A stretch of 43,472 nt of DNA from a virus (taxonomy: Duplodnaviria > Heunggongvirae > Uroviricota > Caudoviricetes), in the IMG/VR virus record IMGVR_UViG_2737471820_000002. One strand, given 5' to 3'. The stretch's first letter is position 1; the number at the start of each line of letters is the position of its first letter. The position numbers and the translations under genes are program-made. The notes beneath the pieces are model-generated. The model searched no databases, was not told the DNA's origin, and saw only the letters and a list, made by a program, of their open reading frames with translations. Positions 31,431 to 40,107 of the stretch are shown here, piece by piece.

Positions 31431-31675
31431 TTTTCACCTTCCTGCTTAAGATGTCGAGGAGCGGATGCCTTGGGCAGCGCGATGCTCTGCTCGCGGTAAT
31501 GTCGTGGCCGCTCCAAAAAATAGTCCCGCAAATGCTCAGGCTGCTCACGCATCACCGCTTCGGCAATAACCGGTATATTAAGGCGCTCTTTGTAGGTAAC
31601 TCAGGAGACAGCAAGGTCAACGTTAACCTTCTCGCGCTCTTCTTGTGTTTTAGCGGCAATATTCCGCTTCGACAT
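31430..31675 (-). other. Small ORF interrupted by an in-frame TGA (24 + 56 codons), translationally coupled to the HEPN gene
   Basis: [87 protein letters not shown]; AGGAG lies upstream of the first ATG; an internal ATG at 31552 would give a 41-aa peptide. Confidence 0.3.
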
Positions 31676-31686
31676 GGCGTTACGTT

Positions 31687-32439
31687 TTACTCCTTTTTGG
31701 GTGCATACACGTTGTTTATCCGTTCAATATGAATAGTTACATCCGGGCTTTCTAAGAATAAGAAGTCAATCAAATGACCAATGAGAATGCAGGCATCATT
31801 AATAGAGGACCTTGTGACTTTAATCCCTCCATGACTGCCGTGATTCCCCAACCACTTTAACGCCATGAATGCATCTTTATTTGGTCCCAGTTTATCTGAA
31901 TAATTTGTGATTCTTTCATGCGTAGAAAGACGTATTATCTTGCCTTTAACTGTTTTCTCTCTTGGTACATCAAGACTATCAAGCATCATCTCCAGTATGG
32001 TTCTCATGGTGTTCACCGCTGAAGCTGGGTGCGAGGGGATCAGAGCTGATACTTCCGCCAAGAGATCAGCTATATCTTCAGGGCACTTTTCAGGAAACAG
32101 GAATAGAGGAAGTGGTGGATAGAAATACTTAGGACGGAAACCAGAAACATACCAACGCTCCGTCATTTCGTCATTGAAGCATTCTACAGCAACAACCTGC
32201 CCAGACAAAGCAACCTTCTCCTGGCAGGCTTGGCGGGTACAGCGCAGCACGCAACTGAATACTCCTCCCGACATTTCCTCATCAAACCATACTTCATCTC
32301 TAAACTGAGTTGTTGCGCTTGAATCAGTTTCTACAAAACTATCAGCGACAATCTCCAGTGTTTCATTCATACAGTTCGGGCAGCGCCAAGCTGGTGCGTC
32401 ATTTCGTTTAAACGTGGCATACAGTAATTTAGGATCCAT
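31687..32439 (-). CDS. Zinc-ribbon protein with C-terminal HEPN-like (possibly DUF4145-like) domain, gene 1 of the nin-region cassette
   Basis: 250 aa; N-terminal Cys cluster WRCPNC...SCVLRC...QAC; C-terminal KWLGNHGSHGG aligns with RIRNNLxHG but lacks the Arg; GGAG RBS 9 nt upstream; AT-rich. Confidence 0.45.
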   Translation of the reverse strand: MDPKLLYATFKRNDAPAWRCPNCMNETLEIVADSFVETDSSATTQFRDEVWFDEEMSGGVFSCVLRCTRQACQEKVALSGQVVAVECFNDEMTERWYVSGFRPKYFYPPLPLFLFPEKCPEDIADLLAEVSALIPSHPASAVNTMRTILEMMLDSLDVPREKTVKGKIIRLSTHERITNYSDKLGPNKDAFMALKWLGNHGSHGGIKVTRSSINDACILIGHLIDFLFLESPDVTIHIERINNVYAPKKE

Positions 32440-32727
32440 ATTTTTTTCTCCGTGCTTAACGTTTTTGGTTGCGTTAACACTCTATAGGATTTTGCAGCCT
32501 TTACTAGTTCATACCCAACCGGTCTTAGTAGGCATATTGAATTACAATCAGCTAATTAAGTTCCTCTACATCGAGGGTATAGTCGCATCAGCAACACGGA
32601 ACTCGCGCTCAAATTCTGCAAGATCCTGCTCAAGTGCAACGTAGTTTTCGCAACACAACCATGACGCCCTCAGCACTCTCTACCACATCGCAATGGCACG
32701 AATACCCACACACTCATAACGTTTCGC

Positions 32728-33021
32728 TTATACCCCTCCCCTCCCCCAAAACATCAATACCCGTTTCATCACGGCACTCTGGCGACACTCCTTGAAAATC
32801 AGGTTCGTGCTCACCTTTCCTTCCCGCTCCTCCCTGGTAGCGAACCGGTAATACACCGTTCGCCAGACCTTGCGATCAACGACCAGGATTCCTGCCCGTG
32901 CCATTTTGGCTGCTGCCTGATTGATGCTGGTTACAGTCACGCCTGTTGCCGCAGCTACATCCGGCGCGCAGAAAGTCCGGTGCGTTTTCAGGTAGTGAAG
33001 AATTGCCTCTTTGCCTGTCAT
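32728..33021 (-). CDS. ren: Ren protein
   Basis: MTGKEAILHYLKTHRTFCAPDVAAATGVTVTSINQAAAKMARAG... near-identical to lambda Ren. Confidence 0.85.
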   Translation of the reverse strand: MTGKEAILHYLKTHRTFCAPDVAAATGVTVTSINQAAAKMARAGILVVDRKVWRTVYYRFATREEREGKVSTNLIFKECRQSAVMKRVLMFWGRGGV

Positions 33022-33719
33022 ACACTGGCTCCTTTCAGTCCGAACTTAGCTTTGATTTCTGCGATCTTCGCCAGAGCCTGAGCCCGGTTAAGTGGTCTAC
33101 CGCCCATGACAGGAAGTTGTTTTACTGGTTCAGGTATCGCCTCACCACGATTAATTCGCGCGGTCATACAAGTCAGTTCATCGGCAGCCTTGCGCCGTAA
33201 TTCCGCATCAGTCAGCGCATTGGCCCGCATGTTCTGATACAGGTTGGTAACCAACCAGTAGTGCGCGTTTGATTTCCATGGATAAGACTCTGCATCCGGA
33301 TAAAGGCCACGCTTCCGGCAATACTCGTAAACCATATCAACCAGCTCGCTGGCGTTTGGCAGCCCGGCGTTAACGGATGCTTCTTCCCGGCACCAGGCGA
33401 CAAACTGCCCGGGTGATGGCAGGAATGGTCGATTCTGCCGACGGGCTACGCGCATTCCTGCGTTAACCTGTTCCATTGTGGTGATCCCGTTTTCCCGGAA
33501 AGCCAGAACCCACTGGCGGCGGATTTCGTTCAGTTCATTCTGGTCACGGTTAGCCAGGCTCGCCGGGAAAGTTGCCAGTAACTGGCTGAACACACCGTTG
33601 ATGATCTGCGCTACCTGCTGTACCTGCGGCTTTTCGTCGTACTGTTCCGGCATGTTGTTGGCGATCCGGCGCATCTGCTCACGGTCAAAGTTAACCATCT
33701 GTGCGGCGATGTTTTTCAT
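33018..33719 (-). CDS. P: Replication protein P (DnaB helicase loader)
   Basis: MKNIAAQMVNFDREQMRRIANNMPEQYDEKPQVQQVAQIING... near-identical to lambda P. Confidence 0.92.
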   Translation of the reverse strand: MKNIAAQMVNFDREQMRRIANNMPEQYDEKPQVQQVAQIINGVFSQLLATFPASLANRDQNELNEIRRQWVLAFRENGITTMEQVNAGMRVARRQNRPFLPSPGQFVAWCREEASVNAGLPNASELVDMVYEYCRKRGLYPDAESYPWKSNAHYWLVTNLYQNMRANALTDAELRRKAADELTCMTARINRGEAIPEPVKQLPVMGGRPLNRAQALAKIAEIKAKFGLKGASV

Positions 33720-34645
33720 AAATCCACCCCGTAAATCCAGTCAGTGTTTGTCAGGTCGAGTTTTGATTTTCCGGTTGTCACGCCAGCCTGTTGCTTGTTA
33801 CGGTTGATTTCGAGTTGGGTCCACTTGTCGCGGAGTTTGGCCGGACTCAGCACGTTACCGGACCAGAAGTTGTCCTGGCATGCCCAGCGGAACAGCACGC
33901 ACATGTCGCGGTGGTTACGTCCGTCACGTTCACGCATCAGGCGGATATCGTTAGCCCACCCTGCAATATTCGGTTTTCTGGCTGAGGGCGCGATGGTCTT
34001 CACCATGTTAAACATCCACTCTGCGGCGGTCAGGTCTTCTGCTGTCCCCCACTTGCTGCCGCTCTGAATTGCAGCATCCAGTTTCTCCAAAGGAAAGTCG
34101 TTTTCTGGCTGGTCAGAGGATTCGCCAGAATTCTCGGACGAAAAAGGTTTTATATTGTCTTTTGTTAGTTTGTCTTTTGTGTTTACCTGATTCGGGTAAA
34201 CGCCTTTACCTGATTTGGGTAAACTTTTCTTACCTGATTCAGGTAAATTTACCTCTTTCAGGTAAACTTTATTTTTCTTACCTGATTCGGGTAATGTTGA
34301 CCATTCACTGACCACATTATTAATGCCGATATTCCGCCCACTCTGAATAAAAATCCCACGCTTTACCAGAACACTTTTTGCAGCAGAACACTTGTGCGGC
34401 AATATCCCGGTCAACTCGGAAAGTTGCTCGTTGCTCACCCAATCCAGTTTTTTATTAAAGCCATATGTTTTGCGCATGACAGCCAGGAAGACCAGAAGCT
34501 GGTGCTGTGTTAATCCGGCCAGCATCACAGCTTCCAGCAACTCATTTGCAATGCGCGTATAACCATCATCGAGATCTGCCACGCGCGGCTCCTTTTGTGC
34601 CGCATCCGGCACTGGAAAATTGAATATCTCAGCAGTGTTTGCCAT
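33716..34645 (-). CDS. O: Replication initiator O
   Basis: MANTAEIFNF...VADLDDGY...RKTYGFNK resembles the lambda O N-terminus; iterons lie inside the gene; GGGAGG RBS; start at the internal ATG rather than 34735. Confidence 0.8.
   Translation of the reverse strand: MANTAEIFNFPVPDAAQKEPRVADLDDGYTRIANELLEAVMLAGLTQHQLLVFLAVMRKTYGFNKKLDWVSNEQLSELTGILPHKCSAAKSVLVKRGIFIQSGRNIGINNVVSEWSTLPESGKKNKVYLKEVNLPESGKKSLPKSGKGVYPNQVNTKDKLTKDNIKPFSSENSGESSDQPENDFPLEKLDAAIQSGSKWGTAEDLTAAEWMFNMVKTIAPSARKPNIAGWANDIRLMRERDGRNHRDMCVLFRWACQDNFWSGNVLSPAKLRDKWTQLEINRNKQQAGVTTGKSKLDLTNTDWIYGVDL
34182..34297. repeat. Replication origin iterons (5 copies of about 19 bp, TTACCTGATTCGGGTAAA-like) inside O, with an adjacent AT-rich tract
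   Basis: tttacctgattcgggtaaac / tttacctgatttgggtaaac / cttacctgattcaggtaaat / tttacctctttcaggtaaac / cttacctgattcgggtaatg, each with internal dyad symmetry; AT-rich stretch at 34141-34181. Confidence 0.75.
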
Positions 34646-34731
34646 AATTCCTCCCGCAATGAGTGTGTTACGATTTGCACCTGAAAGTCGGTTCTGTTCC
34701 AGCAGACCGGCTTTCGCCATTTCTGAACCTG

Positions 34732-35271
34732 TCATATCGCCCCCAGCATGGTAGTAACCATCGCCATCAATGGACCAGCCAGATCTGGGTCCACACGAAA
34801 CATCGACACAATACCTTCACTAATTTCCTTCAGTTTCTGGTGGCGTGGTGCGTTGAGAATGACAGCCTGTTTTGCCTCACTGAGTTCCTTTTCCATTTCA
34901 GCCAACCTAGCCATGAAGCTATCCTGCTCAACCAGGTAACCGCGATATTCCAGCGGTAGTACCGCCAGAATTGCCGGGGTCAGTTCACGCACATTATTTC
35001 GGTATTTTTCAGAATCGAATTTGTTATCGAGGAAGCGGAACAGCTTCTGGCGTGCACGGCTGACATCATCAGGGAAATCGATGGTGCCGCCGCCCTGCTC
35101 CCGATACTCATTCACAATGAGTGTGGCAACGACATCCTGATTATCTACAGCCGACCAGGCGCGGACGGCATCACGGATTTTTTCGTGGCCTGGCACCTGT
35201 TTTGTTTGAGAACGATTTATCACCGCAGTCGGGCTAAATCCGCTAGTCTGTTGGTATGTAAGTGGTTGCAT
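34732..35271 (-). CDS. CII-like regulatory protein (YdaT/CP76-type)
   Basis: 179 aa directly downstream of cro and upstream of O, the cII position; ATGA overlap with O. Confidence 0.45.
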   Translation of the reverse strand: MQPLTYQQTSGFSPTAVINRSQTKQVPGHEKIRDAVRAWSAVDNQDVVATLIVNEYREQGGGTIDFPDDVSRARQKLFRFLDNKFDSEKYRNNVRELTPAILAVLPLEYRGYLVEQDSFMARLAEMEKELSEAKQAVILNAPRHQKLKEISEGIVSMFRVDPDLAGPLMAMVTTMLGAI

Positions 35272-35340
35272 AATTGACTCCTTTAGTTTGAATTGACTGT
35301 TAAGTTGATTGCTTATTGTTAAAGAGCGTGAAATGGAAAT

Positions 35341-35571
35341 TTAAGCTGCATTCTTTTCGGTGTGTGGAAACAACTTCGGAAGATCCGGGCGAATCTGGTA
35401 TGCCTTCACTACTCCACCAGTAGCCGTAACAATGCTGCCGACATGTTCAGGGGATACCTTTGCTTTGTTGTGAAGCCACTTATAGACGGCCTGCTGTGAA
35501 ACTTCGCAAGCAGCGCCCAGTTTCTTTTGTGAACCAACGATATTGATCGCTGTTTTGATAGCTGGGTTCAT
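35341..35571 (-). CDS. cro: Cro-like repressor (YdaS-type HTH)
   Basis: 76 aa HTH protein (…QKKLGAACEVSQQAVYKWL…) divergent from cI. Confidence 0.65.
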   Translation of the reverse strand: MNPAIKTAINIVGSQKKLGAACEVSQQAVYKWLHNKAKVSPEHVGSIVTATGGVVKAYQIRPDLPKLFPHTEKNAA

Positions 35572-35609
35572 AACAACCTCCGTGGTTAATTTGAATCAAG
35601 ATTAAAACT

Positions 35610-35634
35610 ATGGTTGTTTTTAGTCAACAACCAT
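35610..35634. promoter_or_regulatory. Operator palindrome in the cI-cro intergenic region (oR candidate)
   Basis: ATGGTTGTT-tttagtc-AACAACCAT perfect 9-bp inverted arms; further GGTTGT/ACAAC half-sites at 35657-35689. Confidence 0.55.
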
Positions 35635-35675
35635 TTTCGTTTGATGGAATAAAACCTTGGTTGTACATTTGGACT

Positions 35676-36365
35676 ATGAAAACAACACTCTCAGAAAGAC
35701 TTAAAGAAGCCAGATTAGCGCGAGGCCTTACACAAAAGGCGCTTGGGGATTTGGTCGGGGTTAGCCAGGCTGCTATTCAGAAAATCGAAACAGGGAAAGC
35801 TAATCAAACAACTAAAATCGTGGAGATCGCGAACGCTTTGGGTGTGCGCGCAGAATGGTTATCTTCTGGCGTTGGAAATATGTCAGACAGTACAGTGCAA
35901 CCAATACAATCAACTGTCAGCCATTCCAAATACTTCAAGATTGACGTTCTTGATATAGAAGTCAGTGCTGGGCCGGGAGTCATCAACCGTGAGTTTGTAG
36001 AAGTTCTACGCTCGGTTGAGTACTCGTTTGACGATGCTCGTCACATGTTCGATGGTAGGAAGGCGGAAAATATCCGCATCATTAACGTGCGTGGTGACAG
36101 CATGTCAGGAACGATCGAACCAGGTGATCTGCTGTTCGTTGATATCACAGTTAAATCTTTCGACGGTGATGGTATCTATGCGTTTCTGTACGACGACACA
36201 GCCCATGTAAAGCGCCTGCAAATGATGAAGGATAAGCTGCTGGTCATCTCTGATAACAAAAGCTACTCACCGTGGGACCCGATCGAGAAAGACGAGATGA
36301 ACCGGGTGTTCATCTTCGGTAAGGTTATTGGGAGCATGCCGCAGACATATAGGAAGCATGGGTAG
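35676..36365 (+). CDS. cI: CI-type repressor (HTH plus S24 peptidase-like C-terminal domain)
   Basis: MKTTLSERLKEARLARGLTQKALGDLVGVSQAAIQKIE HTH; C-terminal region with GDSM...K motif typical of LexA/CI autocleavage; start at 35676 chosen over the ORF-track start at 35610. Confidence 0.8.
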   Translation: MKTTLSERLKEARLARGLTQKALGDLVGVSQAAIQKIETGKANQTTKIVEIANALGVRAEWLSSGVGNMSDSTVQPIQSTVSHSKYFKIDVLDIEVSAGPGVINREFVEVLRSVEYSFDDARHMFDGRKAENIRIINVRGDSMSGTIEPGDLLFVDITVKSFDGDGIYAFLYDDTAHVKRLQMMKDKLLVISDNKSYSPWDPIEKDEMNRVFIFGKVIGSMPQTYRKHG

Positions 36366-36486
36366 TACCAATTAAAAATTATCAACTGGGCATTGTGCTC
36401 ATTCAGTAAAGAACTAATTCCTATCTTTGCTCTAGGTAGTAATATTAAGCCACCGCAATAATATCTTTACCTAACGGCGTAAGAAT

Positions 36487-36513
36487 CCCGGTCACCGTGC
36501 CGGGTTTTCTTTT
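36487..36513 (+). terminator. Rho-independent terminator after cI
   Basis: cccgg-tcaccgtg-ccggg followed by ttttctttt. Confidence 0.6.
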
Positions 36514-36640
36514 GCCCTCCCCTCATCACACACACCGTTAAAAAAACCACCATAACCTCGCTTCAGTTATCGCTATGCGATTCAAGTCACAAAATAAATC
36601 CATCCTAAATACAACCAGTTATATCTAAAACAACCAATAA

Positions 36641-36690
36641 AACAACTTTTGTTGTTGACGATAAAACAACTATAGTTTTAAATAAATTCA
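36641..36690 (+). promoter_or_regulatory. Candidate pL/oL region: palindrome AACAAC-tttt-GTTGTT overlapping a TTGACG -35-like hexamer, with more ACAAC half-sites downstream
   Basis: aacaacttttgttgttgacg at 36641-36660; repeated caacaa/acaac motifs to 36700; -10 assignment uncertain. Confidence 0.4.
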
Positions 36691-36876
36691 TCGCAACAAC
36701 ACAACGATACGGCAACTACCTGATTCACCGTTGCGATGACCGCTTAGATCCGCAGTTTGAATTTCAGCAGGCTTCGGGGAGTGCGAGGGGTGAAACGGAC
36801 GCGTGAACGTCGGTGTGACCAGCTGAAATTAACTCAACATTTCATACCTTAGTCGCTTCAACGAGGCGGCTTAGTT

Positions 36877-37167
36877 ATGACAACCGGCGGCCATCCACCG
36901 CCTGAATACGCGCAGAAGTCTTTATATGTTCAGCAGCCCAGCTTACGGGCAGGAGTTTTTATGGTTCATCAACATTACGGAACGCAGACCGTTAATCGAG
37001 GTGCGGTCATGCCAGGAATGCTGGTCAAACACAAAGATGGTACCTGGACTGCATCAGCTAATTTACGCGGACGGCTTTATCTGCATCGCGGCATCGAGCG
37101 CACTTATACCCGTGATTTGCTCGTGGAAGTTTTTCTCGACGGACGCGGTAACGGCCTGAATCACTAA
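36877..37167 (+). CDS. Hypothetical early-left protein (kil/cIII position); start uncertain
   Basis: Only ORF of 60 aa or more between the pL region and gam; no recognisable N-like Arg-rich motif. Confidence 0.3.
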   Translation: MTTGGHPPPEYAQKSLYVQQPSLRAGVFMVHQHYGTQTVNRGAVMPGMLVKHKDGTWTASANLRGRLYLHRGIERTYTRDLLVEVFLDGRGNGLNH

Positions 37168-37243
37168 CCCCCCTTTCCTGTTTTCCTAATCAGCCTGGCA
37201 TTTCGCGGGCGATATTTTCACAGCCATTTTCAGGAGTTCAGCC

Positions 37244-37540
37244 ATGAACGCTTATTACATTCAGGATCGTCTTGAGGCTCAGAGCTGGGCGCGTCACTAC
37301 CAGCAGATCGCCCGTGAAGAGAAAAAGGCAGAACTGGCAGACGACATGGAAAAAGGCCTGCCCCAGCATTTGTTTGAATCGCTCTGCATCGATCATTTAC
37401 AACGCTGCGGGGCCAGCAAAAAAGCCATTACCCGTGCATTTGATGACGATGTTGAGTTTCAGGAGCGCATGGCAGAACACATCCGGTACATGGTTGAAAC
37501 CATTGCTCACCATCAGGTTGATATTGATTCAGAGGTATAA
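37244..37540 (+). CDS. gam: Gam (RecBCD inhibitor), short form
   Basis: [54 protein letters not shown]... near-identical to lambda GamS. Confidence 0.92.
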   Translation: MNAYYIQDRLEAQSWARHYQQIAREEKKAELADDMEKGLPQHLFESLCIDHLQRCGASKKAITRAFDDDVEFQERMAEHIRYMVETIAHHQVDIDSEV

Positions 37541-37545
37541 AACGG

Positions 37546-38331
37546 ATGAGTACAGCACTCGCAACGCTGGCTGGGAAGCTGGCTGAACGTGTCGGCATGG
37601 ATTCTGTCGACCCACAGGAACTGATCACCACTCTTCGCCAGACGGCATTTAAAGGTGATGCCAGCGATGCGCAGTTCATCGTATTGTTGATCGTCGCCAA
37701 CCAGTACGGCCTTAATCCGTGGACGAAAGAAATTTACGCCTTCCCTGACAAGCAGAACGGCATCGTTCCGGTGGTGGGCGTTGATGGCTGGTCCCGTATC
37801 ATCAATGAAAACCAGCAGTTTGATGGCATGGACTTTGAGCAGGACAATGAATCCTGCACATGCCGGATTTACCGCAAGGACCGTAATCATCCGATCTGCG
37901 TTACCGAGTGGATGGATGAATGCCGCCGCGAACCATTCAAAACCCGCGAAGGCAGAGAAATCACGGGGCCGTGGCAGTCGCATCCCAAACGGATGTTACG
38001 TCATAAAGCCATGATTCAGTGTGCCCGTCTGGCCTTCGGATTTGCTGGTATCTATGACAAGGATGAAGCCGAGCGCATTGTCGAAAATACCGCATACACT
38101 GCAGAACGTCAGCCGGAACGCGACATCACTCCGGTTAACGATGAAACCATGCAGGAGATTAACACTCTGCTGATTGCCCTGGATAAAACATGGGATGACG
38201 ACTTATTGCCGCTCTGTTCCCAGATATTTCGCCGCGACATTCGCGCATCGTCAGAACTGACACAGGCCGAAGCAGTGAAAGCTCTTGGATTCCTGAAACA
38301 GAAAGCCTCTGAACAGAAGGTGGCTGCATGA
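37546..38331 (+). CDS. bet: Bet (Red-beta single-strand annealing protein)
   Basis: 261 aa near-identical to lambda Bet. Confidence 0.92.
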   Translation: MSTALATLAGKLAERVGMDSVDPQELITTLRQTAFKGDASDAQFIVLLIVANQYGLNPWTKEIYAFPDKQNGIVPVVGVDGWSRIINENQQFDGMDFEQDNESCTCRIYRKDRNHPICVTEWMDECRREPFKTREGREITGPWQSHPKRMLRHKAMIQCARLAFGFAGIYDKDEAERIVENTAYTAERQPERDITPVNDETMQEINTLLIALDKTWDDDLLPLCSQIFRRDIRASSELTQAEAVKALGFLKQKASEQKVAA

Positions 38332-39008
38332 CACCGGACATTATACTGCAGCGTACCGGGATCGACGTGAGAGCTGTCGAACAGGGGGATGATGCGTGGC
38401 ACAAATTACGGCTCGGCGTCATCACCGCTTCAGAAGTTCACAATGTGATAGCAAAACCCCGCTCCGGAAAGAAATGGCCTGACATGAAAATGTCCTACTT
38501 CCACACCCTGCTGGCTGAGGTTTGCACCGGTGTGGCTCCGGAAGTTAATGCTAAGGCGCTGGCCTGGGGAAAACAGTACGAGAACGACGCCAGAACCCTG
38601 TTTGAATTCACTTCCGGCGTGAATGTTACTGAATCCCCGATCATCTATCGCGACGAAAGTATGCGCACCGCCTGCTCTCCCGATGGTTTATGCAGTGACG
38701 GCAACGGCCTTGAGCTGAAATGCCCGTTTACCTCCCGGGATTTCATGAAGTTCCGGCTCGGTGGTTTCGAGGCCATAAAATCGGCTTACATGGCCCAGGT
38801 GCAATACAGCATGTGGGTGACGCGAAAAGATGCCTGGTACTTTTCCAACTATGACCCGCGTATGAAGCGTGAAGGCCTGCATTATGTCGTAGTTGAGCGG
38901 GATGAAAAGTACATGGCGAGTTTTGACGAGATGGTGCCGGAGTTCATCGAAAAAATGGACGAGGCACTGGCTGAAATTGGTTTTGTATTTGGGGAGCAAT
39001 GGCGATGA
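38328..39008 (+). CDS. exo: Lambda exonuclease (Red-alpha)
   Basis: 226 aa near-identical to lambda Exo. Confidence 0.92.
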   Translation: MTPDIILQRTGIDVRAVEQGDDAWHKLRLGVITASEVHNVIAKPRSGKKWPDMKMSYFHTLLAEVCTGVAPEVNAKALAWGKQYENDARTLFEFTSGVNVTESPIIYRDESMRTACSPDGLCSDGNGLELKCPFTSRDFMKFRLGGFEAIKSAYMAQVQYSMWVTRKDAWYFSNYDPRMKREGLHYVVVERDEKYMASFDEMVPEFIEKMDEALAEIGFVFGEQWR

Positions 39009-39163
39009 AGCATCCTCGCGATAATATCCGGGTAGGCGCGATCACTTTCATCTACTCCGTTACAAAGCGAGGCTGGGTATTTCCCGGCCTTTCTGTTATC
39101 AGAAATCCACTGAAAGCACAGCGGCTGGCTGAGGAGATAAATAATAAACGGGGGGCTGTATGA
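39005..39163 (+). CDS. Small hypothetical protein, translationally coupled between exo and the methyltransferase
   Basis: 52-aa [55 protein letters not shown] with ATGA overlaps at both ends. Confidence 0.35.
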   Translation: MKHPRDNIRVGAITFIYSVTKRGWVFPGLSVIRNPLKAQRLAEEINNKRGAV

Positions 39164-39717
39164 CTGATTTCACCGGAAGCAATACTCCTGCCGAACATCG
39201 CGACAGCTGGCGCACACCACCAGAGATTTTTGCTGCGCTTAATGCAGAGTTCGTTTTTCAACTTGATGCTGCAGCCAGCGAAAAAAACCGACTATGTCGG
39301 CTTTTTATCTCACAGGAGCAGAACACATTAACCACTTCATGGCCTGAAGCAATGGGATATGCCTCTGGTTATGTCTGGTTGAATCCACCATACAGCAATA
39401 TTTCCCCTTTTGTGAAAAAGGCAGCCACTGAAAACAAATTCAGTAGTGTGGGATGTGTAATGTTATTGCCTGCTGACACATCTGTCGGATGGTTTCATGA
39501 AGCGATACAAACCGCCAGTGAGGTCAGATTCATCACGGCAGGACGACTGGCATTTATTAACCCACTCACTGAGAAACCCGTCAGTGGAAATAATAAAGGC
39601 TCGATGCTCATTATCTGGCACCCATACCCCCGTACACACTGCCACTTTACGACCGTTGATCGTGGAGAGTTGATGGCGTTCGGCTCAAGGATTCTTGCCC
39701 GTCGGGAGGCTGCATGA
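39160..39717 (+). CDS. Phage Dam-type DNA N6-adenine methyltransferase
   Basis: NPPY motif (WLNPPYSN) and overall resemblance to the phage Dam family. Confidence 0.7.
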   Translation: MTDFTGSNTPAEHRDSWRTPPEIFAALNAEFVFQLDAAASEKNRLCRLFISQEQNTLTTSWPEAMGYASGYVWLNPPYSNISPFVKKAATENKFSSVGCVMLLPADTSVGWFHEAIQTASEVRFITAGRLAFINPLTEKPVSGNNKGSMLIIWHPYPRTHCHFTTVDRGELMAFGSRILARREAA

Positions 39718-39797
39718 CAACCACGGAATGCATTTTTCTGGCAGCGGGCTTCATATTCTGTGTGCTTATGCTTGCCGACATGGGACTTGTTCAATGA
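39714..39797 (+). CDS. 27-aa hydrophobic peptide
   Basis: MTTTECIFLAAGFIFCVLMLADMGLVQ; ATGA overlaps on both sides. Confidence 0.3.
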   Translation: MTTTECIFLAAGFIFCVLMLADMGLVQ

Positions 39798-40009
39798 CAC
39801 CTCAGCAGGAAAACGCCCTTCGCAGCATAGCCCGTCAGGCTAATTCTGAAATCAAAAAAGCCAGACAGCAGTTTCCGGATAAAAACGTCGATGACATTTG
39901 CCGTAGCGTACTGAAGAAGCACCGCGAAACGGTAACGCTGATGGGATTCACACCGACTCATTTAAGCCTGGCGATCGGCATGTTAAACGGCGTCTTTAAG
40001 GAGCGATGA
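39794..40009 (+). CDS. Hypothetical protein
   Basis: 71 aa starting MTPQQENALRSIARQ...; start chosen at internal ATG 39794. Confidence 0.4.
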   Translation: MTPQQENALRSIARQANSEIKKARQQFPDKNVDDICRSVLKKHRETVTLMGFTPTHLSLAIGMLNGVFKER

Positions 40010-40107
40010 ACATGAAAAGCAAAATCATCAGGGAGCTACAGGCTCCTTTTTTATTATTCGCATTCACCCTCAAGCGTATTAACCAACAATTCAGGGATTA
40101 ATGGAAG

